The notes under the pieces were generated by a model. The model made no database searches, had not been told where the DNA came from, and worked only from the letters and a program-made list of their open reading frames with translations. A DNA stretch of 64,000 nt from Carcharhinus amblyrhynchos (taxonomy: Eukaryota), in the NCBI GenBank assembly GCA_965287045.1, contig OZ336878.1:48546001-48610000 (forward strand), read 5' to 3'. Below, in pieces: positions 13,226 through 25,611 of the stretch (its first letter is position 1; the number at the start of each line of letters is the position of its first letter). Both the position numbers and the translations under genes were made by a program.

Positions 13226-13632
13226 ACATTATGTAATTTGTCATAATGTACTGAGGAGTGAAAAGAATCAACTTTTTTTTTTCAGTTTCCAAAGACTTTT
13301 CAGTTTTTTGGCAGCTCATGGCTCTTCCTTCTTTGTTTAGGATCAATAGAGTAAACACACTGGCCCCAATCAAACTCTTGCACGAATTGGTCTATTTCAG
13401 AACAAATAGTTTCTGAAAAAAAATTGCACCGAGCTCATTCTTTTCAAATAGATTTGAACTCCACCCTAACTTTCTGTCTACATAACCAATAACAAAAAAG
13501 AATGCAACTGTCCACATTTTGGCAATAAATAGACACACAATTAGTCCACACTGCTCAAACTGGACTTGTAAACAAGCATTCCTGTTTTGACAACTGAAAT
13601 AATGGATTCCTAGGGACCAAGGTCATCACTTC

Positions 13633-14005
13633 TCATTTCATTTGAAATTTCATTTTCATTTGATTATTGTCACATGTATTTACAGTGAAAAGTATTGTTT
13701 CTTGTACGCTATACAGACAAACATACCGTTCATAGAAAAGGAAATGAGAAAGTGCAGAACGCAGTGTTACAGTCATAGCTAGGGTGTAGAGAAAGATCAA
13801 TTTAATGCAAGGTAAGCCCATTCAAAAGTCTGACAGCAGCAGGAAAGAAGCTGTTCTTGAGATGGCTGGTACGTGACCTCAGACCTTTGTATCTTTTTTC
13901 CGAAAGAAGAAGGTGGAAGAGAGAATGTCCAGGGTGCGCGGGGTCCTTAATTATGCTGGCTGCTTTGCCAAGGAAGTGTGGACAGAGTCAATGGATGGGA
14001 GGTGG
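13633..14005 (-). mobile_element. Rex1/Babar LINE 3' fragment
   Basis: Close match to 16620-16990 (GTTACAGTCATAGCTAGGGTGT...CCATTCAAAAGTC). A shorter copy lies at ~15058-15295. Confidence 0.8.
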
Positions 14006-16619
14006 TTCTTTTTTGGTAAATAGAAGAGATTTGAGATTTAGTTTACAATATCTCACCCAAGCAGAAGTGTCAAGACCAATCCACAGAGTATTCTAATTCT
14101 TTCAATTTGAAAAAAAAAGTTCCTGTTTATGGGATTCTGCTTCAGTTTTTAAGCCATTTGTTTATCTAGTGCTATACTTTAGCCTTTGATTACTAACATA
14201 GAAGCTTCATGAGAATTGACAAACCACATTGACCTGGTTGCAAGTTGGAACACAAACCTTGAAAATGATAGCTAATACTAACAAGTTTCTTCCTTCATTA
14301 TAATTAATTTGGCTGCATCACTTTTTCAACTTTTTGGGGCTTTTCATATTGGATTATGTTTATATCTTCTGTTTAATCCTTCCATACGTGGACAAAGGCC
14401 CAACATAAATGGAGCAGTAAAAACAACTTCTGAATGAAAATTTTAGTTTAAGGAAAATTGTGTGAATTGAGAAATGTTTGACAACATTTTTCAAATTCAA
14501 GAGACAAGTAGAGAACCAGAACAGTGAATCAAATAATATTGAAAAAGACATGGGAGAGGAGGTATTTGGGAAGCATAACAGAACAAAATTTTAAGTGGTA
14601 ATTTTCAGTTTGGACACAGGAGTAAAAAAGTGGCAATTGCAAATTAACTGCCCATTATATACCACCCCCAAATGGAAAGGGAAATCAATGTATAAAGGGC
14701 ATTCTGCTCCAAACCACTAGTTTTCCATGCTGAAATTGAAAATGACTTCCATAAATGAACAATGACAGAAACTATAATTCTTTCTAAAGTAATTTTGTGT
14801 TCTATTATAGATGTCAGAATTAGATGATCTCTACCAATTTTGATTTTAAAAAATTAAATCAAAATGTTAGTAGCAATATTTACACCAAAAACCTCCCTCC
14901 TCATTCACAGGTAGGACTTTGGAAACATTTATAGTGAATGGCGTTTTGGCTGAAATGCCAAATTCTCCACTCTCACCTGCAGTGGGGCAGTTACAGATGA
15001 GATTGGAAAATCCTGCCCTTAATGTGATGTAGTTGCTCTGTCCATTATCATGCTGGTCTTTTGATTTGATTTATTATTACATGTATTGGCAAACAGTGAA
15101 ATGTATTGTTTATTGCATGCTATACAAACAAAAGACATACAAGGGGAGAATGAAAGGAGAAGGTATAGAATGTAATGTTACAGTCATAGCTAGGTGTACA
15201 GAAAAAGCAACTTAATACAAGATCCATTCAAAAGTCTGATGGCAAGAGGGAAGAAACTGTTCCTGAGTTGGCTGGTACACGATCTCAGACTTTCGTCTAT
15301 TATCTGGCATAAATCTTAACATGACAGGATATACAGAACAGATTTCTGATGACCAGCTGTAGTTACATTAGTTTATATTCAGGGAATATAATACATATTG
15401 CACATTTATTTGAATAAGTTGGACGCATGTCAACTCATTCTGTAGCCCCTCTTGGGGTCCATTTCTTTTTACCTAATCCTTCCTGGCATTTTCACATCTA
15501 GCATTCCAGTTAATTCTGCTCGGTTCTGCTCCATGCTGACCCCACATCAAAGCTACTCCATGACCTTTTAGCTCTGTAACACTATACTGTAATGAATGCT
15601 GTCATCAGGCTGTATGGGAGCAGTAATCCAGAAACCCAGGCCAATACTTTGGAGACATAGGGTTGGATTTTATATAGCAACAGTGGCCCAGCCCAAATGC
15701 TGCAGACTCAGGGGTGAGCCCACATCCAACAGCCTAGCAAGTCACAGTCAGATGTTACTGTCATTAAGCAACAAGTTGTCTGGCTTTGTGGCTTTTTGTC
15801 CCTGCGTAGGAGGATGTCCAGCCAACTTTCCAGTCCAAACAGCGCCAGAGAGCAGTAACCACTGCTAGGACTGAAGTCAGTGCCCAATGAGGAACCGTGG
15901 AGGAGGCCAGACTGCACTGTCCCCAATGAGGAGCTGTAAAAGGAGGCCAGACTACAAAGTTAGCGGGGCAGATTCAATAGGACTAGCCAGGTAGACACCA
16001 CCAGAGAAAATCCCACCAAAAGCTGGCAAATTTAAATTCAGGAAATTAAACAAATCTCTTATAATTACAGTAGCGGTGATCATGGAACTATCACATTGCC
16101 ATAAAAGCTCAACTCGTTCAATATTTGCCATTAGGGAAGAAAATCTGCAGTTCATACCCAATCTCATCTGCATGAGTGGCTGAGCAACCCACTCAATTGT
16201 ACTAAACTAAAAAAAACTAAACCAGACGGAAGACTGAGCATCATCCTTGTCATTGGATATGACAAAGGCAGACACTGCCCAACCAACCCTCAAAGTCCTC
16301 TATTAACACCAAAGGACTTGTAGCAAAATTAAGTGGTCTGACCAATAGACTAGTCAAGTCGCAGTCTGGTATAGTCATTTCTCATAACCATTTCTCACTA
16401 TGCCGTCTCACCAACTGGACAGATTTTCCAATAAATGGTTTGTTGATTATGTTTTAATGATAGACAGGTGATGGGCAATGTTTGATTAAGGACTGAGAGC
16501 AGACATAGAGAGTCTTCAGTGACACTGGGTTAGCGCTTCGGATACAGAGATCTCTAGTAGCGTATCCTGTGAATAAACCTACAATCAAGGAAAAGATCAA
16601 GTACTATTGGAATTACTAT

Positions 16620-18580
16620 TTATTTGATTTGATTTATTATTGTCACATGTATTAACATACAGTGAAAAGTATTGTTTCTTGCGCGCTATACAGGGAAAAC
16701 ATACCATTCATAGAGAAGGAAATAAGAGTGCAGAATTGTAGTGTTACAGTCATAGCTAGGGTGTGCAGAAAGATCAACTTAATGCAAGGTAACTCCATTC
16801 AAAAGTCCGACAGCAGCAGGGAAGAAACTATTCTTGAGTCGGTTGGTACATGACGTCAGACTTTTGTATCTTTTTCCTGAAGGAAGAAGGTGGAAGAGAG
16901 AATGTCCAGGGTGCGTGGGATCCTTAATTATGCTGGCTGCTTTGCCGAGACAGCAGGAAGTGTAGATCGAGTCAATAGATGAGAGGCTAGTTTGCATGAT
17001 GGACTGAGATGCGTTCACGACCTTTTATAGTTCCTTGAGGTCTTGGGCAGAGCAGGAGTCATTACCAAGCTGTGATACAACCAGAAAGAATGCTTCCTGT
17101 AGTGTATCTGTGAAAGTTGGTGAGAGTCGTAGCTGATATGCCAAATTTCCTTAGTCTTCTGAGAAAGTAGAGGTGTTGGTGGGCTTTCTTAACTATAGTG
17201 TTGGCATGGGGGATCCAGGACAGGTTGCTGGTGATCTGGACACCTAAAAACTTGAAGCTCTCGACCCTTTCTACTTCATTGCAACTGATGTAGACAGGGG
17301 CATGTTCTCCTTTACACTTCCTGAAGTCAATGACAATCTCCTTCATTTTGTTGACATTGAGAGAGAGATTATTGTTGCTGCACCAGTCCACCAGATTCTC
17401 TCTCTCATTCCTGTACTCTCGTTAGTGTTTGAGATCTTACCTACTACGGTGGTGTCATTAGCAAACTTGAAAATCAAATTGGAGAGGAATTTTGCCGCAT
17501 TGTTATAGGTGTATAAGGAGTATATTAGGTGGCTGAGAACATAGCCTTGTGGGGCATCGGTGTGGAGGATGATTGTGGAGCAGGTGTTGTTGCCTATCCT
17601 TATTGATTGTGGTCTGAGAGTTAGGAAGTTCAGGATCCAGTCACAGAGGGAAGTGCCGAGGTCGAGGTCATGGAGTTTGGAGAGGAATAGTAGTGTTGAA
17701 GGCTGAGCTGTAGTCAACAAATAGGAGTCTGACATAGATGTCCTTGTTATCCAGATATTCCATGGTTGAGTGCAGGGCCAGGGAAATGGCGTCTGCTGTG
17801 GACCAGTTGTGGTGGTAGGCAAACTGTAGTGGATCTAGGTAGTCCGGGAGGCTGGAATTGACTTGTGCCGTGACTAATCTTTCAAAGCACTTCATAATGA
17901 TGAATGTAACAGATCCACCAGCCGATAGTCATTAAGGCACGCTTTTTGGTTTTTCTTAGAATCCGAGATGATTGTCATCTTCTTGAACCAGTTAGGGACC
18001 TCAGACTGTTGTAAAGAGAGTTTGAAGAGGTCTGTACATACGTCCGCCAGCTGATCCATGCAGGATCTGAGTGCACGCCCAGGCACCCTCATCCGGGCCA
18101 GTTGCTTTCCGTGGGTTGACCTTCAAGAAAGCTGCTCTGACATCTGCAGTGGTGACCCCAGGTACAGGTTCATCCAGGGCTTCCAGGGTGGAAGGCATGC
18201 TCTCGCTGACCTTTTGCTCAAAAAGGGCATAGAATGCATTGAGCTCATCAGGGAGGGGTGCGTTGGAGCCAGCGATTTTACATGCCTTCATCTTGTAGCC
18301 TGTTATGTCTTGCAGGCCTTGCCATATCGGTGGGGGTCAGCGTGACTAGCCTGGGACTCTAGGTTGGTCCATATTGTTTTTCAGCATCTTTGACGGATCT
18401 CCTTAAATTGTGTCTGACTTTCTCGTATAGGTCAGTGTCACCTAACTTGAACACCTCAGACCTGGACTTCAGCAAGCAGTGGATATCCCTGTTTATCCAT
18501 TGTTTCCGGTTGGGGAACATACAGATTTGCTTCTTTGGCACACAGTCTTCTACATACTTACTAATGAAGTCAGTTACTGT
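16620..18580 (-). mobile_element. Rex1/Babar non-LTR retrotransposon, 5'-truncated and frameshifted
   Basis: Minus-strand peptides [45 protein letters not shown] and KKAHQHLYFLRRLRKFG; ATCAA-repeat tail at ~16620. Confidence 0.9.
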
Positions 18581-20706
18581 AGTAAGAAGAATGACTAAAA
18601 CCATGTGTAAAATAACAGGTTACAATTTCCTATTGATGTTCTCAGAATCAGAATTTTAATGACCAAGAGAACAATAAAAGTAGATAAGTGGATATGGGTT
18701 GTGCCATTACTGGAAAGAAAACAAGGCATGCCTTGGTACTGCTGCTTCCTAACATAAACAAGGAAAGTATTTTCTGAGCTATTGGTTTGTCAATTGGATA
18801 TCAAGAAAAGTTTAGATAAGCTATTAAGTTCATTGATAAAATTTCTAAGAAAGATCATCTATTAGATTCATACAAGGCATCAACAGACTTAGATAAAATT
18901 AGAAAGATGAGTGGTTATTCCAGAGAAATACAGTATGGAATGAAACAGACTAGATAAAAGATTGCTGAAATTCTATTTGGAAATTCCACATTCAGTGCTT
19001 GGTTTCCAATTGTTGGATTGTGCTAAAGTTTTGCACTTAGGGATTTCTGGTCTTAACTAGAGTTAGATTCTCCAAACGGATATGCTTTTGGATTAGACGT
19101 GTGATGTTTAAAAAAAAAAATCAGGGAAAGCAGTTATTTCCAGCAGCATTTTCATGGCACAAATTCAACAGTGTCACAAAAGAGAGGATTCAATGTTTTA
19201 CGGCAGTTTATGATCATGCAGATATCAAGCTCAGGCATGAATACAAACAGAAAAATGGTAAAGGCAATGAGGATGACGATCTTTTTTAGCAGATCTGGCA
19301 GGTGACAAGAACAGGAGTAACAATAAAAGAAAATTAACCCTGTGAATACCTTAGGGAATTAATAACAGGTGTTTCACATGGTTCAGAATATTATTGAGAT
19401 AAACTATCTGAAACAAAACAATGTGGTTTTTCAAGGTGACACAGAACTCAAAGTTCAGAAGGGGAAGATGTCAATATGCGACAGTCTGAGGAAATTGTAC
19501 TGATCACAAGAAGCTTCAGTCTGGTAATTGGTGTACAAGTTCCAGATTAATTTAATTGGACAATGTTGCATATCCACAGTATGTGGAACAGATTCGCTCA
19601 GTAGTAAGGATTGAAGTAAGGCCAAGGAATATGAAAGCTCTATTTGCTACACGTTTGGGATGACATGCTAAAAGCCACTGAAAAGTGGTCATTCTACGCA
19701 GAATTAGGGGTAGAGACTTTATTGGTACAGATGTAATATATGGTGAGATACATCTGCGGCTAAAAACTATCCATGAAAAATGTTCAAATAAAATTGGATA
19801 TGGAAGTCAGTAGATTGGGTAAAAAGCAAATTAGGATATTATTCCATCCCTTTAACAAAACCCAGCACCTCTAATCACAAGATTAAAGTACTAATGGCAT
19901 TCTATGATAGGAATATGAGAGAATAAAAGCCAATTGTTTTCCAGTTACATTGGCAATTGCCCCCTTGTCACAGATTTAGTATCCTACAAAAGGATGCAAG
20001 AGTAGTTGATAAGAACACAAAGTTTACAGTGGTTCATAGAAAATGGTATATACAAAAAGGATTGGTGGACACTAACACAGCATATTGTATGTTTCCCATT
20101 AGCCAGCAACTTTAATGAAGTAAACTGGATTCAAAGGTGCTGGATAACAATAGAAATATTTTTGTTTTACATTTTATAGACAGTGACATGATTTAGTCTG
20201 TCTACTGTGATACGTTATAAAGACAGAGTAATTTTGGATAAAACCATGGAAAAGTGGATAGGGATGGAACTGGGGGCACGGGTTAAGTTCATAACAACCA
20301 ATTTAGAGACATGTGCAAAACTATGAGCATTGCAATGTTGAGTACAAAGTTCATTCAATAACGAACATCATGGAAATAAAAATTATAAAATGATCAAGAT
20401 ACTCCATATGACCTTAGCTGACTGATCAAATTGTAAGCCAACATCTGCCCTAGCGTGACAGTCCATGTGAAGATTTGCCATCCAATTGTTGGGGCAGGAA
20501 GGGGGCAATAATCCAGTAATCAGTTGGTTGATGGAAGAAATCAAAAAATACCTTCAGTATGTGCGATCAGCTCCTGTCTTGGAAAGGTCAGTTAATTCCA
20601 ACTTTTTTGTGCACTTGAATTCCCTACATGCAGGAAGGGCATCTAGGCAGAAGTATCAGGAAATTCAGCAAACGTTATGACATTGCACACGACAATGACA
20701 AACATT

Positions 20707-21839
20707 GGCTGCAATTCTCCCAAAACAATTCTAAGTGTCGAATTTTCAGAAAACTGGTGTAAATCAGACTGGATTTTTCAGTGCGACTTCAGACAAGAAT
20801 CTCCCACACACTGAAATGCAGAAGTCACAATTGGTAACATCATTAAAAGCTCGAGGGCGAGACCTATTCACACCAGAGGCTGACAGTTCCGGGTCCCTGT
20901 ACATGTGCAGGGACTCCTGTCAGCCTGAAGTTTGCTGACCAGCTGGATCGTTGGCCAGCCCAGGACCTTCGCAGTGCTACCCTTCCACCTGTCCTCCCAC
21001 CACCACCCCCCCAGAGCCCAATCACGGTCCCCCCCCATCTATTCGCAAGCCAGTCCCAAAACCACTGACCCATCCCAGACTGCCCGATCTCCAGTCCCTC
21101 CCCACACATGAAACCGGAAGTGATGATCTCGCTCATCTACCCCTGGCAGAACCCCTCTCTCCGCCCTCTGACCCCCCCCCCCCCCCACTCCCCATTCCAG
21201 GGGCAGAACTCCCTCCACCCCAGCAAACCCCCCGGCTGACCACCCCCACCTTCCCCCCAGTCGCTGGCCTCCATCCTGCCCCACTGATCTCAGGAGGATA
21301 AAGTGATAGCGGGACACCCCCCCCCCCCCCCCACCAACCTCTACCGATAACCCCCTAGGCTCTGCCCCCTGCAGGCTCCACCCCCTAGGCACTGCCCCAT
21401 GCCTGATTGGCAGTGCCAAATGCCCACAGGCATTTTGCCCATTGGGCAATGCCAGGGGCCACAGGCTAGCATTGCCAGAGTGTCCATGCCCAGGGTGCAC
21501 CACTCCCCTCGTCGCCTGAACACCTGCAGGGCCCAAATGCCCCTCCTTCAATCCAGCGGGGGTCATCCCATTAGTTCCCCTAAAGTCTGAACACTGCTGG
21601 AATGAAATAGTCCTGACAGGGTAGGAGATGCTAGTGGGCCCAGAGAATTCAGTCACGGGCCCGCTAATCAGAATTAAAATTACATTAAAAGCAGATTTAA
21701 ATCCCTTACCTGGTGTTCCCACCGGATTCAAGTGTGGCTCATCCGGGACTGGGAGGTGCACGCGCGAAGCGGCAGGCACACAATTCTCCCGGCCTGCCAC
21801 GCTAAAAAATTTGCACGGCAAGATGGGAGAATTGCCCCC
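20707..21839. mobile_element. GC-rich non-autonomous DNA transposon (MITE, probably Harbinger-derived)
   Basis: TIRs GGCTGCAATTCTCCCA (20707-20722) / TGGGAGAATTGCCCCC (21824-21839); C-rich interior; interrupts the Copia pol region. Confidence 0.7.
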
Positions 21840-22098
21840 ATCAATCCTGCGGATGTAGTATACTATAAAATAGGGATAGAAATATTGGAAAGGTCTGAGT
21901 AAATTGATAGGGTACCATGGGAAGATGGTAATTCTCCAATATGGTTGTTAAACTATTAGGATACATTCGTCTAGGTTATTCAGGTTTGTTTAAAAACTTT
22001 CAAAATCTGAGCAATTAGTAGATTCTGATGAGGCACCCTGCATCTCACAAAATCATAACATTTGACAGTTATGAAGAGCAGAATATAGTAGAGAATGG

Positions 22099-22224
22099 CT
22101 TTGATAAAGAGTCATCTGGACTCAAAATGTCAGCTCTTTTCTCTCCTTACAGATGTTGCCTGACCCGTTGAGATTTTCCAGCATTTTCTCTTTTGGTTTC
22201 AAATTCTAGCAACCACTGCTTTTA
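22099..22224 (+). mobile_element. Short Penelope-like insertion with degenerate hammerhead
   Basis: TSD-like TATAGTAGAGAATGG (22084-22098) / TACAGTAGAGAAGGG (22225-22239); motif TTGATAA-A-GAGTC-ATCTG-GACTC-AAAA. Confidence 0.7.
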
Positions 22225-23439
22225 TACAGTAGAGAAGGGGTTGGACGGCAGCAAAGTAATAATGATGCAAGGGAGTCAGTACTCGGGTAGCATACATATC
22301 AGAAAGGTCAAGTGAATGAAGGGAAGCAATCTGGAAAGCCACTGTCAAATTCAGTGGGTGGGTATTTGAGTACGGCTGGATTTATCATATTCTGGTGAAA
22401 ATGGAAAATGTTGACCCTTGGCCCAGGAAGCCAAAAGGATTACAAAAAGGTCAAAACTACTCTAGCTGCAGAAACACTGGCGCTATTAGAAGTGATAGGT
22501 ATGGTAGTGTACTTACTCTTGAATTCCAAAGGAAATCCCATACAGGCAGAATTCTGAGAAAGGTTTACCCTATGAAGGTTCATTCAACAGCAGTGTCACT
22601 GAAAAAACGTTGAGTGTTAACCTTACTAGTATAAAGGAAATGTTGGAATAAAAAGAGATCTCTAAAATAAAACTTGTTAATGCAAGTCACCAAATCTGGA
22701 TGAGCACTTAGATCCTGCACGGACCAGATGGCGCGGGTATCCGCAGGCATCCTTAATCTCTCTTTACACCCTGTCTGCTTCAGGAAGATGACCATCATCC
22801 CAATACCAAAAAAAAACGCCAGCAGCGTGCCATAGTGAAAAATATCTAGTGGCTCTGACATCCATTATGAAGTGCTTCAAAAGATTAGTCATAGCACGAA
22901 TCAATTTTAGCCTCCCAGATTGACTGGATCCAATAGTTTGTCTATCGCTGACTCAGGTTCACAGCAGATGCATGGCCCTGCACTTAACCCTGGAACACCT
23001 AGACAGCAAAGACACCCATGTCAGACTCCTATTTATTGACTATAGCTCAGAATTCCTACCATTATTCCTACAGAACTCACCTCCAAGCTCTGTGGCCTTG
23101 AGCTCAGCTCCTCCCTTTGTGACTGAATCCTAGATTTCCTAACCCACAGACTGCAATCAGTAAGGATAGGCAACAAGACCTACTCCATGATCATCTTCAA
23201 CATCATTGTTCCACAGGGCTGTATCCTCAGCCCCTTACTATCCTTATATACCTACAACTGTGGGGCCAAATTCCCCTCCAACTCAATTTGCTGATGAACC
23301 CCCGCAGTGGGTCAGATCTCAAAAATGATGAGATAGAGAATCCTTAACTGGTGCAGTGACAATAATCTCTCCCTCAATAACAAAACAAAGGAGATAGTCA
23401 TCAACTTCAGGGAACCTAGTGGAGAAAATGTCCCTGTCT

Positions 23440-25529
23440 AGGTCTGTTAGAGGGAGCTGAGGATCAGCTGCAGGAAATATCTATTACGAGGGAGGAAGTG
23501 CTAGGGCTTTTAGGTAGCGTAAGGACGGATAAAGCTCCGGGGCCTGATGGTATTTATCCCAGGCTGCTTAGGGAGGTGAAAGATGAAATTGCTGGGCCTC
23601 TGGCGCAAATCTTTGTCTCTTTTTTGGACACAGGTGAGGTCCCAGAAGACTGGAGGGTGGCAAATGTGGTACCGCTGTTCAGAAAAGGTAGTAGGGATAA
23701 CCCTGGGAATTATAGGCTGGTGAGTTTGACATCGGTGGTAGGGAAATTAATGGAAAAAGTACTTAGGGGTAGGATGTATGAGCATTTGGAGCGTTGCGGT
23801 CTGATTGGGGATACGCAACATGGCTTTGTTAGAGGGAGGTCTTGCCTTACGAATCTGGTGGAATTCTTTGAGGAGGTGACAAAAACGGTTGACGATGGGC
23901 AAGCCGTTGATGTCATCTATATGGATTTCAGTAAGGCGTTTGACAAAGTCCCTCATGGTAGGCTGGTAGAAAAGGTTAAGGCGCATGGGATACGGGGTCA
24001 GGTAGCTAGGTGGATTGAGAACTGGCTGGGCAATAGGAGACAGAGGGTAGTTGTGGAGGGGACTTTGTCCAGCTGGAGGCCAGTGACCAGTGGTGTGCCG
24101 CAGGGCTCGGTACTGGGACCTCTCCTCTTTGTAGTCTACATAAATGACTTGGAAGATAGCGTAGGTGGTGTGATCAGCAAGTTTGCTGATGACACCAAGA
24201 TGGCAGGGTTGGCGGGTACTGAAGTGGATTGTCAGGTGATACAACAGGATATAGATAGGTTGGTGCATTGGGCAGATAGGTGGCAGATGGAATTTAATCC
24301 TGACAAATGCAAGGTGATGCATTTTGGAAGGAATAATGTAGAGAGGAGCTATGTGATTAAAGGTAGACAAATTAGGAGTATAGAAACACAGAGGGACCTG
24401 GGAGTGCAGGTTCACAAATCCATGAAGGTTGTGACACAAGTGGAGAATGTTGTCAGGAAGGCTTATGGAATGCTAGCCTTTATAGGAAGAGGTACAGAGT
24501 TTAAAAGCTGCCGTCTAATGCTTCAGTTGTATAGAACGTTGGTTAGACCGCATTTGGAGTACTGCGTCCAGTTCTGGTCACCTTACTACCGGAAGGACGT
24601 GGAGGTTCTGGAAAGGGTGCAGAGGAGGTTTACCAGGATGTTGCCTGGCATGGAGGGGTTGGGTTACGAGGAAAGGTTGGAGAAACTGGGACTGTTCTCT
24701 TTGGAAAGACGGAGATTGAGGGGTGACATGATAGAGGTATATAAGATACTGAAGGGAATAGACAGGGTCAATAGTGAGAGACTGCTCCCTAGATTGGTTA
24801 CGAATACAAGAGGACATGATTTAAGGGTGAGGGGGGAGAGGTATAATTTGGATATGAGAGGAAGGTTCTTTACGCAGAGAGTAGTGGGGGTATGGAACGC
24901 GCTACCGAGTGGGGTGGTGGAGGCGGGAACGTTGGACTCGTTTAAGGTTCAGTTAGATAGGCACATGAGTGAAACGAGGATGGAGGGTTATGGTAGGGGT
25001 TATTGAATAAGGGTTAGAACCTCGGGAGACACCGGAAAGGCAGGCTTGTGATTAACGTTTTTGTCTTTTCACTCCGCAGGTGGAGGTCCACCTCGTTGTC
25101 AAACGAGGGGCATGCACACGGTGGGTCGTGCGTGGGCTGCTCCTGGAGGTTCTGGGAGTGGCCTAGTACTTCGTGTCGGTGTGTGTGCTTGATCCTGGAC
25201 CGGTAGACGGGCGCCGCAACAGCTCAGTGACTAGCACTGCTAGCTGTGCAGATACATGGATTTGGGCCTGTGTCTGTGGGAGTTTGTGCATTCTCCCTGT
25301 GGTTGCGTGGGTTTCCTCCGGGCGCTCCGGTTTCCTCCCACACCCCAAAGATATGCTCTTAGGCTGATTGGTTTTACCAAATTGACACTATTCTCCCCTG
25401 AATCTGGCTAAGTCAGGGGTTCTATTTGTAGATACGCAGGGTAGAATAGGTGTAGGGTGATGCGGCGGCGCGGGCTTGTTGGGCCGAAGGGCCTGTTTCC
25501 CGTGCTGGGTTGTTCTTTGTTCTTTGTTC
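23440..25529 (+). mobile_element. 5'-truncated young CR1 LINE with extended structured 3' UTR
   Basis: Uninterrupted 502-aa RT ORF, then a ~520-nt 3' UTR ending in GTTCTTTGTTCTTTGTTC. Confidence 0.95.
23498..25006 (+). CDS. CR1 ORF2 reverse transcriptase (N-terminally truncated, open to the natural stop)
   Basis: KAPGPDGIYPRLL, NYRLVSLTS, QHGF, MDFSKAFDKV, GVPQGSVLGP, FADD, YCVQFWSP, FFTQRVVGVWNALP. Confidence 0.9.
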   Translation: MLGLLGSVRTDKAPGPDGIYPRLLREVKDEIAGPLAQIFVSFLDTGEVPEDWRVANVVPLFRKGSRDNPGNYRLVSLTSVVGKLMEKVLRGRMYEHLERCGLIGDTQHGFVRGRSCLTNLVEFFEEVTKTVDDGQAVDVIYMDFSKAFDKVPHGRLVEKVKAHGIRGQVARWIENWLGNRRQRVVVEGTLSSWRPVTSGVPQGSVLGPLLFVVYINDLEDSVGGVISKFADDTKMAGLAGTEVDCQVIQQDIDRLVHWADRWQMEFNPDKCKVMHFGRNNVERSYVIKGRQIRSIETQRDLGVQVHKSMKVVTQVENVVRKAYGMLAFIGRGTEFKSCRLMLQLYRTLVRPHLEYCVQFWSPYYRKDVEVLERVQRRFTRMLPGMEGLGYEERLEKLGLFSLERRRLRGDMIEVYKILKGIDRVNSERLLPRLVTNTRGHDLRVRGERYNLDMRGRFFTQRVVGVWNALPSGVVEAGTLDSFKVQLDRHMSETRMEGYGRGY

Positions 25530-25611
25530 AATGGGGATGAAGTGGAAATGATCGAGAGCTTCAAGGTATCCAGGTCACCAACGACCTGATCTAGATCACC
25601 AACAACGTCTA

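Noticed and set aside
15880-15955. Two ~40-bp direct repeats (CCCAATGAGGA..AGGAGGCCAGACT) as CRISPR-like
   Set aside because: A simple two-unit tandem duplication without spacers, in a eukaryotic context.
21039-21821. 260-aa minus-strand ORF and overlapping Pro-rich ORFs
   Set aside because: They lie within a GC-rich MITE, are low complexity and have no domain motifs; stop codons are rare at this composition.
23710-24817. Antisense ORFs over CR1 RT (also at 47478-48797 and 61466-61991)
   Set aside because: Shadow frames of the RT coding strand, recurring in every copy.
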